64,000 nt of DNA from Microbotryum violaceum (Eukaryota), in contig CDLV01000004.1 of NCBI GenBank assembly GCA_001244265.2, forward strand, positions 3,472,001-3,536,000, written 5' to 3'. Both the position numbers and the translations under genes were made by a program. Shown piece after piece: positions 40,076-59,426 of this stretch. The first letter of the stretch is position 1; each line of letters starts with the position of its first letter. The notes beneath the pieces were generated by a model. It saw only the letters and a list, made by a program, of their open reading frames with translations. It did not search any database and was not told where the DNA came from.

Positions 40076-44745
<4,670 letters not shown>

Positions 44746-47700
44746 TGAATGAAGAGGCGACACATGTTAAAGCCTCTTGGAAATGAAGTACAAACTTAAA
44801 AGAATCATTGCCACTCACTTTGGTTCCAGCAACGGGGGGGTCAGGTCCGCTGAGCATATCAGGGAGTTCACCCGGAGTTTCGTAGATGCGTGGCGGACCA
44901 ATTGATCCGATCAGCTCGTGGCGGAATATGCCCTTTGTACGTAGTTCGCGCTCTAAACTGAGGTCTTCTGAGTAGTATGGAGTGGTTCGCATCCTGGATC
45001 GACACTTCGTGTCGTCTACGTGCAAATTGAACGTTAGGCCGTCTGCTTCGAGTTTCGCGCAGACACGATCCATGTTGGACTTGTCGAGGCTGAGGCGCAT
45101 CCTGCCTGATGTCGCTCGGTCCATTCTGCAAGCACCTCGATCATTCAGTATGAGGTTGAGTTGAAGGAACGAAAGAATGACAGTACTCACTGCAGTTTTA
45201 GGCTTGTGGATGCGCCGATTGTAGCCTGCAGCACTCTCAGAGCCATCGGAGACGCCAGCGCCATGGCTTGCTCGAAGTCACGCAGCGCTTCGGACCGCAC
45301 AAAGCCTCGCATCGATTTGCCCTTGACCATCCGATCGTGCTTGACCGTAGCCGCTTTCACCAATCCCTCCAAGATGTTCGCTCCGTCAAATTCTCCTGAG
45401 GCCACACCTTGCGCGAACCGTAGATACACGGTCCCTTGACCGTTGTCATCCAGGATCTCTTCTAGTCCATGATGTCGCCGGTAGATGGCCGAGAGAAGTG
45501 TATCGCCCGCGACATATTTCTTGTTGGTGTATTTGTGAGTTGCGCCAGCAGCATATTGACGTCGAAGAGCTGCTCGACAGGATGAATCCTTAGGAAGCCT
45601 CGCGCATTCTTCACACGGTAAGCTTGGTCCGTCCTTGTTGATCGAATCTCGAGCGCTATACTTGCGAGAATTCACACTGATGATGCGCGGTGCTCGATGA
45701 TCGTTGCGCCACTTCCATTCATTCGCTTCCAATTTGTCCACCTCCTTCCTCTCGAGCTCCGTCATTGGTCGTTTACCAATTTTGGGATAGAGGCGCAAAC
45801 AAAGCGTCCGTCGAGGAGGGGCCCCGCCACCCTGCGCCGCAGTTGATGAAAGATAATGCATCGCCGTTTCAGACGTAAGGCCGGGGCACGGTCCTAGCGA
45901 GGGGCTGGTAGCAGTTGAGCCAGAGGCGATAGGTCTGAAGAAATTGCTGATGGGTTGGGGGTTGACACACTTCTTATTGCCGAGATGTAATTGAAATCGT
46001 GCCTTGTACAGCAAGGCCGCCATTGGAACCAAGACATAACAACGTCCACACCGCACGTACTTTGGATTGTTGACGTTGACATTCGATCCCGGGCAAAGAT
46101 CTTTGACTTTTTCAGCAAACCTCCTGAAAAGAGGCGGATGGTCGCGAGCCCACGTCGTATGCTCCTCGGGGTGAGCTCTCGAGCTTCGTCGGCTTCGATA
46201 CCTTGGTGAAGGTCGTTTGAAGTCGAGAAGTTGGCGGGTTTTTTGAGGATGATGCGACTCGTTGATTTGTTGGCTTGATTGTCGCTGCCTTGCCGGACTC
46301 TGCCGACGTGCTCTTGCTGCTCAGTGTTCCGGCAGCGGATCCCCTCCCAGACTTTGCCTTTGATTTTGCTCCCGTGGCACTGGTGAATTCGATCTCGTCC
46401 GGATCCTCGACAGCGCCAACCAGAGAGGACAAACGACAGAATTGACGGAGCCGTGACATGTGGGCGCGCACTGCTTTGAACGACCCAATCCCGAGCACCT
46501 CCGTCTCCACTGCATTAATCGTGGCCGGCCCGCACGAGTAGCTGTCTTCCTGTTGTTCCGTCTTAGGAGTAGAAGGGATTTCATTTTTGATGTCCAGCTT
46601 CAGAAAGTTGAACAGCGCAAGGACAGCCGTCTGAGTAGCCGCGTTGATCGGAATGGCCGAGAGTGAGTTGATCACAGACCACGTCCGCTTGTGCATGTTG
46701 ATGCGGGCTAAGACCCAATGATTATCGGAGCAAAGGGGTAAGAACCACATTGACTTTGGGGTCGGCGTGTTGCGCATGCAATCGCTTAGCTCGATGAGAT
46801 TCCGATACTGGTTTGGCGGGCCGAAAAAACAGGCTTTGAAGATCGAATGAGGATCCGAGTCGGGAGGGCGAGCCATTACCAAGGAGATGACGGTGGAGGG
46901 TATAAGTCCATACGATGTTTCGAAATCGGGATTCTGCACTCGTCCAGCTCGAAGGACGCTTTCAATTGACAAGTTCACCGCGGCTTCACCGAGCCAATCA
47001 TGACCTGGGTAGAGACGCGAATAAGCAAGTTGCCTCAGATACGAGATGAATACGAGTGGCCAGCTGAAGGATTGGTGTACTGACTTAAGAATCTCAGGAG
47101 ATAAACCAAACACGTTCCACTTGCAAGAAGAGGCAATGGTAGAAGCCCGTCTTGTTCTTGCCATTGCAATCCGTTCAGTATGCGACGTGCGACAGCGATA
47201 CGGTTGCGGTCAGTTTCGTTGATAACGATAATTTTGTCCATCCATCGTTGAGCTCGCAGCGCCCAGCTTTGAACGTCTTTTGCTCGGTCGTACTCTGACC
47301 ATAGCCGATCGGCGCCGAGCGGCAAACACGTCGACCCGACGGCCAAAGATCGATATCCTTGCTTGCGTGCATTGATCAGAGCATCGGTAGCGAGAAACGC
47401 GTCTCTGGTCTGAAGAGTCGGGTAGGGTAAGTTCGAATACTGGGTGGGCTCGTCTTTGGACAACTCGATGTGAAGAGACGCGTCGGCGGGAGCGACATCG
47501 AAGGCGAGGAGCTCGGCAACCGTTATGTTGGTGAGCGGCGATAATCGATCAAAGTCATCGTCGTGCAAATAGTAGTCCTGATCTTCGTCAAGAAACAAGC
47601 ATGGAAACATTTCGTCGTGCTATGCTCCAGTGTCAGAACGAAGTGAAGCGGAACGGAACCTCAGGGGCCCCGTCATTTTTATCTTACTCGATAGGGGTAT

Positions 47701-48030
47701 CTAATCCCTAATATTCTCTAACAGCCACTGAACTAAAGTGATTAGCGAAAATGGCTAGTGACTTGTTCAAGCGCGAGCATCGCGAAGCGCGTTTCGAAGC
47801 GAAGGCAAACGGGCCCAAAGCGATGTCGTAGGCTGCTCAGGGTAGGCCAAAATTGGGCCAACTCACGGGAAAATGTCAAAATCTGGGCATGCGCCTCGGG
47901 GCCGAAACGTGTGTTTCGTCCCAACATGTCAATTTTTTTCAATGCGCCTCGACGATTTTCGGGATAGGATTTTGGGTCCTCAAAATGTCAAAAAATAAAA
48001 TGCGCCTCCGGCTGGGCTTTCGGGGTCCTG

Positions 48031-49990
48031 CGCTGCGGTCCCGCATCGATCCTTCCCTATCCTTCCCTCGCGGGCCCATCTTCCATCTTCATCCGCCTAC
48101 GCAAAGTGCGCGCATCCGACCTCATCCCTTCCCTCTCGGTCGACGATGTCGTCCACTCCGACCCCGACTCGATGCTTGGAGCCGCTAGCAAGTACTTCGA
48201 AGGGGTCTACGAGGATCGCGCTATTGATGACGACGCCTTGGAGAAGATCATCGACGGCCTCGCCTCGACTCGCCTATTCCATGCCGATTCGGACAAGCTC
48301 GAAGGAGCGTACCCCCTAGAGGAGATGACAAAGGCACAAGAGGCGTGTAAGTCGAACTCCTCGCCTGGACCCGACGGTCTCCCGGTCGAGTTTTACCGCG
48401 CAACGTGGACAGCCACAGGCCCCATCCTCCGCGACGTCATCAACTCGATCCCCACCGACGAACGTCGGCCCGCCACACTGCCCACATCCACCTCATCCAC
48501 AAGCGCGGCGAGAGGCATCGGCTGGTGAACAAAGGACCCATCTCACTCATCGACGCTGATGAACGCATCATCTCCCAAGCCCACAACCAGCGCCTTGCCC
48601 CTCTGCTCGAGACCCTGATCGGCTCGACCCAGCGCGGTTTCGTTCCGAACCGCTGGATTGGCACGAACATCGCCGAGGTGCAGTGTCTCATGGATCCTGG
48701 GCTCCCGGGTTCAGAGCAGGTGTCCGGTCTGCTCGCAGTGATGGACTTTGAGAAGGCTTATGACCGTCTTTCCCACACGTACATCGATGCCGTCCTCAGC
48801 GCCGTGGCCTTGGCCCGAAAACCCGCCACTGGTACCGAGCGACTTATACAAACCAATCCGCCTCGATATACCTCAACGGATGGCTCTCGGCCGCGTTCGA
48901 TATCCTCTCGGGAGTCCGACAAGGCGATCCGCTGGCTCCGTCGCTTTTCGTTCTCGCAATCGAGGGCTTCGCCGTACAGATACGATCACAAGTCAAGGGC
49001 ATCGCGAGCCCGGGACTTCCAACCATACGAGCACTCCGCGAAGATGCCTGCTGTGCTCTCCACGACACCTCGGACCTCGATCACCTCAATCGGGCGATCG
49101 AGCTGTACGAGCGGGCAAGTGCCAGCAAGCTCAGCGACGCCAAATCTTTCCTCTACCCCTCGGGTCATTCAGGGACCGTCCGATCCCTTCACACCTCGGG
49201 TCCTGGCGTCTCAGTGACTCGCAGTTTCGTTACCTGGGAGTGCAGGTTGGGGTGGACATCGCCGAGGATGCGGGCTGGGAGGAGGTCAAGTCCGCAACCG
49301 TCGCCAGGATACGATCCATCCCGATGTACGACCTTCCGTACGCAGCAAAATGTTCGATAATCAATATCTACTGCTACCGCTACGCAAGGTTCGCAGGGTT
49401 CATTCGGACGCCGAAGACACGGCCCACCTCCTCTCCTTGGGGTCACTTCATCCAGGTAGCCAACTCGCTTCTCCAAACAGCCCTTTTCTCCACAATCGAT
49501 CTACCGCATGTGTCATGTGCCTGTCGGAGGCTCCGGAGACCCTGGCACACCTAGCGGTCGGTTGCCCGTTTGCCCGCCGCCTCTGGTCTGCGCTCACTCC
49601 TTTCCCACACCCCAACTTTGTTCAGTTCGTGTGCCCGGTCGTCTCTCGCTCGAAACGCCGACTCGTCGAGCTGTGTCTACTATTCTTCCACGCGATCTGG
49701 AAGCTCTCTCGTCACCACCGATTTTCGTCGGACCCTCTGGAGCCGATCGCCGAAACGGTATTCGAGGAGCTCCGCGCGTCCATCCAGGAGTCCAAGGGAC
49801 GACTGGTTTCGCTGTAATCACCTAAGGGGGTTTTTAGTGGGTATGGTTGATTTTGTTCCAAGGTCAACGAGTCCTACACTACTGGCCTAGCCAGTGTGCT
49901 TGACTGCATTCCCTCCGTCTTTTCCGAGGATTTTTAGGCATTAATATAGATATGCTATTAATGAAATCTATTAGTTAAATAAATAAAAAA
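48031..49990 (+). mobile_element. 5'-truncated degenerate LINE (ORF2 RT, C-terminal zinc finger, 3' UTR, A-rich tail)
   Basis: SPGPDG, QRGFVP, DFEKAYD, GVRQGDPL, FRYLGV, CVMC..ETLAHL..C; TAAATAAATAAAAAA near 49976-49990. Confidence 0.9.
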
Positions 49991-50874
49991 TCCTGCCTCC
50001 CAGTGGACGAAAGGTGACGGACGGCGCTCAAGTCGGCCCGCGAGGGCCAGGTTTCTTTCGATACCTTTTCTGTACAATGAAAAGCCGAAACTCTCTTTCT
50101 GGTACATTGGTGAGAGTTTTGTCAATATCCTCAAAGATCTGAGCGAGCGGTGATGCGGGGCAACGTGCGGCGGTGGGCCGACGAACAAAGGAGCCCCTAT
50201 ATAGCATTTGAAATGTCAGTATATCATGTGTATGCTGCAATCAATGGCACTTTGATAAAATTTATGGCTGTGTTTGCAATGACTACATCAGGATGTGAGC
50301 ACTACTGCCTGCCGTGTGGTACAAGACTCTGACTAGTGTGTATAAGACCGTGACAGCGAAGACAATTCATTGCACAAGTTGCTACTTCAGCGTGACGAAG
50401 TGGTGGATCTAGACGCGATCCAGAACGATTCAGAACGATTCAGAACGACTCAGACGCTAAAGTCATCTGAACTGATTTAGCCGCGCACCGGCAAGTGGTA
50501 AAGTTCCTGATCAGTGCCGAGCTGGCTCGGTACATTCTTTGACCTGGTGGCCGCCACCAGCCGCCACCGTCGCCGAATCGAAAGACTGAACTTTCCCTGA
50601 CCCTAGGATTTCGAGGTCGATGACTCGAACCACCCGATGCTTGACCGATGGAATGATCCGGTACCGTGCACGTTGGCTTCCGATCGTCATGAAGTAGTCC
50701 GAATCTCTGCTGGCGAGGGCGGTACGGGTTCGAGCGCTTCGCAAGTTTGCGGAGCGCAGGTTCCTCCACCACCACCTCCTCAGCCATATCCAACACCTCC
50801 CATATAGTTCAACAGGTTTTGGATACTCACATCAGCTTCTTATCGTATCTTCTATTCCGCTACGGCCCTGCATC

Positions 50875-52351
<1,477 letters not shown>

Positions 52352-52521
52352 GAAAGGCGCTGGCCCTCACTTGCTCTCTGCTTTCGTCGTTCTTCTTTCT
52401 CAGTTCGTCGGAAACCGGCTGTTGTACTGCATTACTTCCTTTTGGTTTTACTACGTTTGCGAAACTTCAATAACGAAAGCTGTCTTCACTGTGTGTGACC
52501 TCTTGACGTGTGGGTGACCCC

Positions 52522-53895
52522 TCAATTCAAGTCAAACTCTAAAACGAGGTTATCGATCAACCTTGTCCTACCCAACATGACCGCTCCGCTTAGGATCGCT
52601 CCATGGCCGCGAGGAACAGCATGATCATAACCGAGGTGCGTCAATTCGAGAGGATCGTTGAGCTCGACGTAGATGGGCGAGATGGTCACTCCCGCACCAT
52701 CGGCCGAGGTAGAAGCTCGTTCCTGGACCTGGGCGAAATGTTTCTTTGCTTCGTTCAATACGGATCCAACGAGGACCTTACCATCGGGGTTCTCGTTTCG
52801 TTGTCGAGTCCATTCATGTTCGCAAGCTTTCAAGGCGTCGATGAGGACCGTAGCCCAGGGTCGTTCGGCGACGGAGAGGTAGGCGTTCCGACTGCTCAAC
52901 GCGAGATGGGTCGTAGCGTCGCGGTGGGTCGGGAAGATAACGAGGTCGGAAGGGAGGGGATGGGGCACGTGAAGGTCCAATAGCATACGTCGGAGGAGGA
53001 GGCATTGCTGGATGTCTTTTTGGCCGAAGAACGCTTGAGTTGGCTGTCGGGAGGTTGGGAGGTGGGGACAAAGGTGGGGTTCAGGATTCTCAGGTTTCAT
53101 GTCTTTGAGGATAGTATATGAGGGTGGAGTGTTCTTCGACTCACCTGGACCAAGTTGAACAGTTTAAGTACAACTGTTGCTACACCCCTGAAGAAGCCTG
53201 GTCTGGACACGCCTTCCATGACCTCTTGTAGCCCCTTGACCTCGACAAATGTACCTCGCTGTTCCGAGACTTGAGTTGTGATACCCGAGGGATAGAGCGC
53301 CGACACGGGAGGGAGAAACAAGGCTGTAACGTTTCTTGGTGTAGTCCCACTCGAAGGGTGGTACTGGGCTGCTTTGAGACGTTCGAGATCGGCTTCCAAG
53401 GTGCGCGGGTAGGTCGCGAGGTCCTCGGCCGGCGCGAATTGTGCGGGGTTGACAAAGATGGACACGATCGTCGAATCGGTACGGGAGAGGGATTCGTTGA
53501 CTGATTATGTGCAAAATATCGAGCAGATTAAAAGGTTCCCAGGGCCGTGACATGATTGCAGGTTGAAGAAAGCGGCGCCGTGTCAGCTCTTTCTGGGCCC
53601 TCGTCTCGAGCCGCCAAGAACTCCCAAGTGGGCGGAGACGGGGTCACGGCTCGGCTTGGGCCAACGAGTCGGTCCGAGCTCGCTCCCATCCCCCCGACCC
53701 TGGCCGACAAGATTCCTCCAAGTCAGAAGAGAACGGACCCAGACTGATATGCCCATCATGGAGTGCTCCCATGGTAGGAACAAAACCGACGGTGTTGCCC
53801 TCCTGCAGCTGTTGAGCGCGCCATTGCCTCAGCTCTGCGACCGAAGTCAGGATCGGAAACGGGGCCGAGGGGAGTTGCTGTGGTCCGGAAGACAT
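52522..53895 (-). CDS. PAN6: Pantoate-beta-alanine ligase, three exons, apparently intact
   Basis: GFVPTMGALHDGH, SIFVNPAQF, RPGFFRGVATVVLKLFN, FGQKDIQQ, LALSSRN, TRLIDN. Introns at 53501-53738 and about 53046-53144. Confidence 0.95.
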
Positions 53896-54102
53896 GATAG
53901 TGATGCCGAGCAATAAGGAAGGCTTTGAAAGGGAAAGAGAGAGCCGAGGTAGGTATGCGTCGCTTGTCTGTGCACCCCGGGACAGAGCTCAAGAGGCGAT
54001 CGCGTGTTGTCCGAAATGATCGCTTGCGATTTGGCAAAAGAACGCAGAAGAAAGCTAGTCAGAGCTAATAGCCAGAGCTAACCAGAGCTAACCCGCCGCT
54101 AC

Positions 54103-56792
54103 CAGGACCCCCGAAAGCCCAGCCTGAGGCGCGTAGGTAAAATCCGCCAAAATCCGAAATTTTGGACCTTACATGTCCACCAATTTTTGAATTTTTTCCG
54201 CCAAAAAGGTGCCCAAAATGTCCAGTCCATCTACGCGCCTCAAAAGTAGCTCTAAAACATCTCCAAAAATTGCGAAAACGCCGTCTGGACGTTTTTCGCC
54301 CGAGCCGAACCGGCGGAGCCCGCGCGCGTCAGCCGGTTCGGTTCTGCTTCGCCGAGGGCTCCTCATCTGCACTTGCTGCCTTCCTTTTTGACCCTACATC
54401 TTTCACGCCCTTCATTTGATTACTCAAGGACACAGAAGCGTCCCGTAATCCGTTGCAGCGTCGAAGAAAACAAAATCTTGCCTCAGCCTGCTGGCTCAAG
54501 TCGAAGACACGCTCCCCGAGGTATGCAACTGAATCCAGTGGTGCGAGAGTGAGCGCGGGCGTCGAGGATGATTCCAAGGATTGAAAAATTTGTCGAGCAT
54601 CGAGTCCAAAGAAGCGAGTCGTGCCGTCCATCATATGCGTTGAATAACGGCCCTTGCTCACAACTCGCCATTCTTGGAGGATGACATTCGAGAGTAATGC
54701 GAGGGAGTCGGTCTCCGCTCTGTCGCAATGATTTGACGTGATCTTGGCATACATGTAACGTGCTACGAGAGGTAAAATCGATGCCAGTCACTCTGCAAAG
54801 CAGTAAGCTAGCTACAGTGAGATGCACGAACCAAGTCGAATGGACAATTGTTCTTCTCCTATGTTGCTGGCATCACAACTGCCAGGTATGATGCCTCGTT
54901 TCAATCTGAAGCAGACAAGAGAGCTGATTTTCAAAGGCATGGCTGACAGGATGTTTCCGTCAATCAACCCAAATGTTGGGATCTTGGCAAATACCGTGTA
55001 TTGCTTTGCTCGCAATTGCATCCGTACCTGGGCAAGAATGAACATTATTGATGAGCACTTTCTGGGCCATATGTGCACAGCACACAATTGTAGCTCACTT
55101 CTTTACGTCCGTCTTTGATGTATCTTATGTTGTCTGTCTCGTTTGCGATCGAAAAGCGACTGAAGGTCCCTTGTCCTGTCCAACGAATGAACCTCGCGAC
55201 TCCTGACATGGCTTCGAGATGGGCTGCACCCATTGATTGCACTAAGCCTCGGAGGACACTGGAGTGCACTTCACCGTGCTCGGACAATTTGCTTTTGATG
55301 TGGGATCGAAATCTTGGGCAGTCGAGGTGGGGGCGCCGTGCCTTCCCTTGAGTAGGACAGCCTTGAGGTGGGCACATTGATGGGCCCAACGGTGCTCGAT
55401 CAAGCTTTTCAGATCAAGCGCAAGCTGACAAGTGTCGTGACGCAGAAGGGATGGGAGCCGAAGAATTTGAGCCTGTGAAGGAGTGCTGGTTCCGTTTAGT
55501 GTTGCTACACGAGAACAACTGCTACTTAAATGAACCTACACGACCCGGCAAGCTTTCATTTGCTGTCTCCACTGCGTTGAGTAGAAAGCGTTCCTCTGCT
55601 TGAGCATCGGCCTCGTCATAGGCCTGCTGAACGGCAAGCCTAGAATTGGAAGAGACGTATCATCAGCTCGGAGGAGGCTGGTACAGGTCTCAACAAATTA
55701 CAGTGCAGCATCATTGTCAAGGCCAAGAGCAGCTAAAGAGCAAACAGCGTTTTCAACTGACTTCCACTCTTTCGGGTCCAGCACGACGTGACCTTTCTCC
55801 AAGCCACGTTGTCCCTAGGAAAAACACGAAAAATAGTTTCAATCAATCACGCCATTGAACAGACGAACAAATTGGCTGCTTACCAACGAAATCGAGCAGC
55901 GTGTGCAAGGACGCGCTACACCCGAGGATCATTGAGGGGTATATTGCTCCTTAACGAGCAGTGGTGGCAGCCCCTCCAGAGCCTTCACGATGAGAAGCTG
56001 ACTTTCGATGTCGACACCTAGATAACTTTCCATCCACTGTTGGCTACTGATAACGATCGAACGCATGCGCTCAGCGTAATCTATATGCCGCCCGATCCTT
56101 TCGACACCGAAAGGCAGCCGGTGCCCGGCGATAGCGATAGACCGGTAACCTTGTTTACGTGCCGCAGTAATTGCTCCACGATCCTTGAACTTGGACCTCC
56201 AAGCATCGAACGGCCTAGGAAGAGTATCAAACTCGAGAGGCTCGTCTGTCGACCACGAAAGCTGTACTTAGGTCTCCGGGTTGTCGAAGCGGAAGGCGAG
56301 AAGCTCAGACACCGTCCAAGAGGGGTGCCATTCGCTCGAAATCATCGTCAAGGAGCTCGATAACCAAATTGTCTAGATACATCTCGTCGAAGTTGACTGA
56401 AGCGAGAGCCTAACCTAGGATGTTGATGACGATGTGGCACAGACGACGCGACGGGCCGGGGGAGGCAAGAGACGGCGCACTCAGACGAGACGCCTCGTTC
56501 AACCAGCCAAGAAGCTTATAATTGCAAAATTGAACCATTAGAGCCCTTGTTGTGAACTCGGTACAGGCCAGACGTCCTTGAGGGTCGGCAAACTCTGGCG
56601 TACCAAGCCGAATGTGGCTGAAATCGGCCGAGATTTGTCCACTGGCACCTACGGGCCTAGGCCCCCCACCTGCACCGGCGCACCCTGATTTGTCCACCCC
56701 CGACTACGCGCCTTGGCGATTTTGGCCCATCGGAGGCCCAAAATTTGTCCAGTCGGGCGCTACGCGCCTCAGGCCGGGCTTTCGGGGGTCCT
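54103..56792 (-). mobile_element. Internally deleted non-autonomous member of the P-like TIR family (2.7 kb)
   Basis: TIRs (C/G)AGGACCCCCGAAAGCCC(A/G)GCCTGAGGCGCGTAG at both ends; retains the 3' coding remnant; no TSD. Confidence 0.88.
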
Positions 56793-56931
56793 CGCGCACT
56801 TACCAGTGGTACTTTCTATGTCTGCCTGAGGTGTGGACCGGTGTTCTCCGTCTGCTGGCGCATTCTCTGGCGGAGGAGTTGAAACCTTATTTACCACTTT
56901 AGGCATCACTGCCCAGTATCGTCTTCCCACC

Positions 56932-58521
56932 ATGGTCAGCGCGACATCTGTTTTTGTGCCTCACTCGTGCTCACCTGTGGTTGCCAGAACTGACGCAAGG
57001 CGAGTGCGTCATCAGAGCTCGAGCAAGGCCGCCCGGGAGACTCGTGTTCGCGAGTTCATCGACATCACAGGTGCATCGTGAGTTTGGCTCCGCTCGAGCT
57101 AACTGCCTGCCTTGCTTCATCCCAACTGGCTTTCGATCGCTCTCGCTGCGGGCTGGCTGCCGAACGCACGCGACGAGCCCCGCAGCTTACAGCTCTCTCT
57201 ATCATCGACAATGCCGCCCGGACCAAACCCTTTGTGCGATTGTGTCGGCCATTGTAACCCGCACTTGACTCATCGGATCGAATGGCTGATCTTTACAGGC
57301 CTCAGGAAGCGGCCCGATTCCTCAAGACGAACTCGTACCGGCTGGATGCCGCGCTGGAAGCCTTCTTCAACGACCCAACAGCGATGCGCGTCGCCGAGCA
57401 ACAACGACTGAGTGGAGGCGAAGGTGGGGCATCGATACGCAAGCTAGACAAGCTATGGGACAAGTACCGAGGTGTGTGCTCGTATGCTGCGCTTCGAGAC
57501 GATCTCGCTTGGTGAAGGCACGCGCGTGCTTACGTGTCTCCTGGTACCTCAACTATCGCGGCGGTTGCAGATGTCGAAAAGCCCGACGAGATCCACTTCG
57601 AAGGAACGATCCGCTACTGTGAAGATCTGGGCATTGCACCTGAGGATATCGTCATGCTCGCGGTTGCCTGGCTCACCAAAGCGCCTACGATGGGTCACTT
57701 TTCCAAAACGGGTTGGACCGATGGCTGGAGAGAGGCAAGGTGCGCAGCGACCCGCTTCGTTTGCGAACGGGGCGTGAGATGTGTGGAAGAAGACTGACGC
57801 TGGCCCAATTCCTTACCTATGCAGACGAGATACAATCGAACTCCAACGCACCTACATTGATCGGCTCCGAGCGGACCTGCACAAAGGGGACACATTTCGC
57901 CAGGTCTATGCCTTCACCTTTGACTATGCGAAAGCGGAGGGTCATAAGAGCATGCGTCCGTCGATCTTGAGCGCCACGCGTATCCTGCGTGCATCCTTCA
58001 GATGTCCAACTGATGCGAATACATCAATCGTGCAGAATACGAGATTGCGCAAGAACTGTGGAAGCTGCTCATTCCGTCTGATCCTGCTGCAGATTTTCCC
58101 ACATCGCACCTCGAATTGTGGTTGGAGTTTCTGCAAACGCGCGGGGAAAGACCGGTCTCGAAAGACACGTGGAATTTGGTACGTCTGACATAGAGTGGTT
58201 GCGCGACCCTCTCAATACAGGTCCTGGATGCCTCGTTCCTGTGGGGGAAAAAGCCTGCCGAGACGCTCATACTGCCCGGCAATGTTGACCATAATGTTCG
58301 GTGACATTACCAGTTTCTCGAATTCACGCGCACAATTGATCCGCTTTTCCAGGAGCACAATGAAGAAGGTGAACCAACACGCAATACACTGCTGCGTCAC
58401 TGCAAGGCTGACCGACTAGCCCGTCCGGCGCTTCACCTCTCCAGCTGCGTGGCCATCGGTCATAGACGATTTTGTGGATTTTGCGCGGCATAGCCTTGCC
58501 TGTAAGGATCAGCCAGCCTGA
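56932..58521 (+). CDS. DCN1: DCN1-like NEDD8 ligase (UBA-like plus PONY domain), multi-exon, apparently intact
   Basis: VREFIDITG, YRLDAALEAFF, GTIRYCEDLGIAPED, YAFTFDYAK, SKDTWNL, AAWPSVIDDFV. The start exon is inferred. Confidence 0.92.
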
Positions 58522-58942
58522 AATATCCACCTCGGTATCCATTGCTGTGCGTTCAGCCCGTGTGAGGCTGAGGTTGCACCTGCACGAACGGAGCTTCGCC
58601 TTTGCGAAAAGGTTTCGAACGGGCTTCCAACGACGGCGTTACCGCTCGTGAGCTGAAGCATTGAGATTATTTTGTGTACATCAGAATGCGGCCCATCGCC
58701 GCCGACAGGCGGGCGCGTTAGTGTGGCCGACAGGAGACCAGCTACGTTCAGTGGGATGGGAGGCTCGAAGTCTTCAAGTGAGCATCGAGCCCGACGGACG
58801 CTGGGCCGACTCGGTGGGGTCTCGTTCATATGCGGAAGCCTATCGAGGCCATTGGAGGAGTACAGGTACGACGATAGCCCCCCCCCCCCCCCCCCCCCCC
58901 CGACTTGAAGCTTGAATCATCGGATCGTCAGGCCAGTTGGCG

Positions 58943-58990
58943 GAGGACCCCCGAAAGCCCAGCCGGATGCGCATTTTATTTTTCGACACT
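58943..58990 (+). repeat. Orphan TIR of the P-like family (48030 subtype)
   Basis: GAGGACCCCCGAAAGCCCAGCCGGATGCGCATTTTATTTTTCGACA resembles the reverse complement of about 47986-48030. Confidence 0.85.
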
Positions 58991-59426
58991 AGGTGCGGCG
59001 GCGCGCTCCGTGCGCCACCTCCCACCGTAACCATTGCAGTGACCCGCTACAATGTGGTGTACTTTGCTGCAACAGCTGCGGTACTGTTGAGTAACGGAAG
59101 CGTAGTGGTTGAAGTCGGGAGAGAAGCGCGCGACGACGATGTAATGTATAGAGCCTTGTTTTCATCTGAACTCTTTTTTGTTCTCTGCAGTGTGAGCCCG
59201 ATGATGGGCTCAGACCGTCGTCGAGACCCGCGTCAAGTGTGACCTTTTCACGGGTGCCTCCCGACATCGACATCCCTCACCTGCTATTGCCGGAGCTTCA
59301 CTATGGAGCTTTGAGATAACTCTTCATTTCAACATTATCCGCTTCTCCGTTCTCACTCTGATGAAGCAAAACTCTGCACCGTCCACATTCGTTACTCGGG
59401 ACAACGCAACATACAACTGGCCAGCC

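Noticed and set aside
50421-50456. 10-bp tandem repeat CAGAACGATT
   Set aside because: Short minisatellite with no evidence of function.
52522-53895. Bacterial panC contamination or recent horizontal transfer
   Set aside because: It has spliceosomal introns, and fungi normally encode PAN6.
58878-58901. Long poly(C) run
   Set aside because: Simple homopolymer of unreliable length with no associated structure.
56793-58942. GCG on both sides of the DCN1 island as a TSD
   Set aside because: A 3-bp match in GC-rich DNA between outward-facing ends of different subtypes is likely chance.
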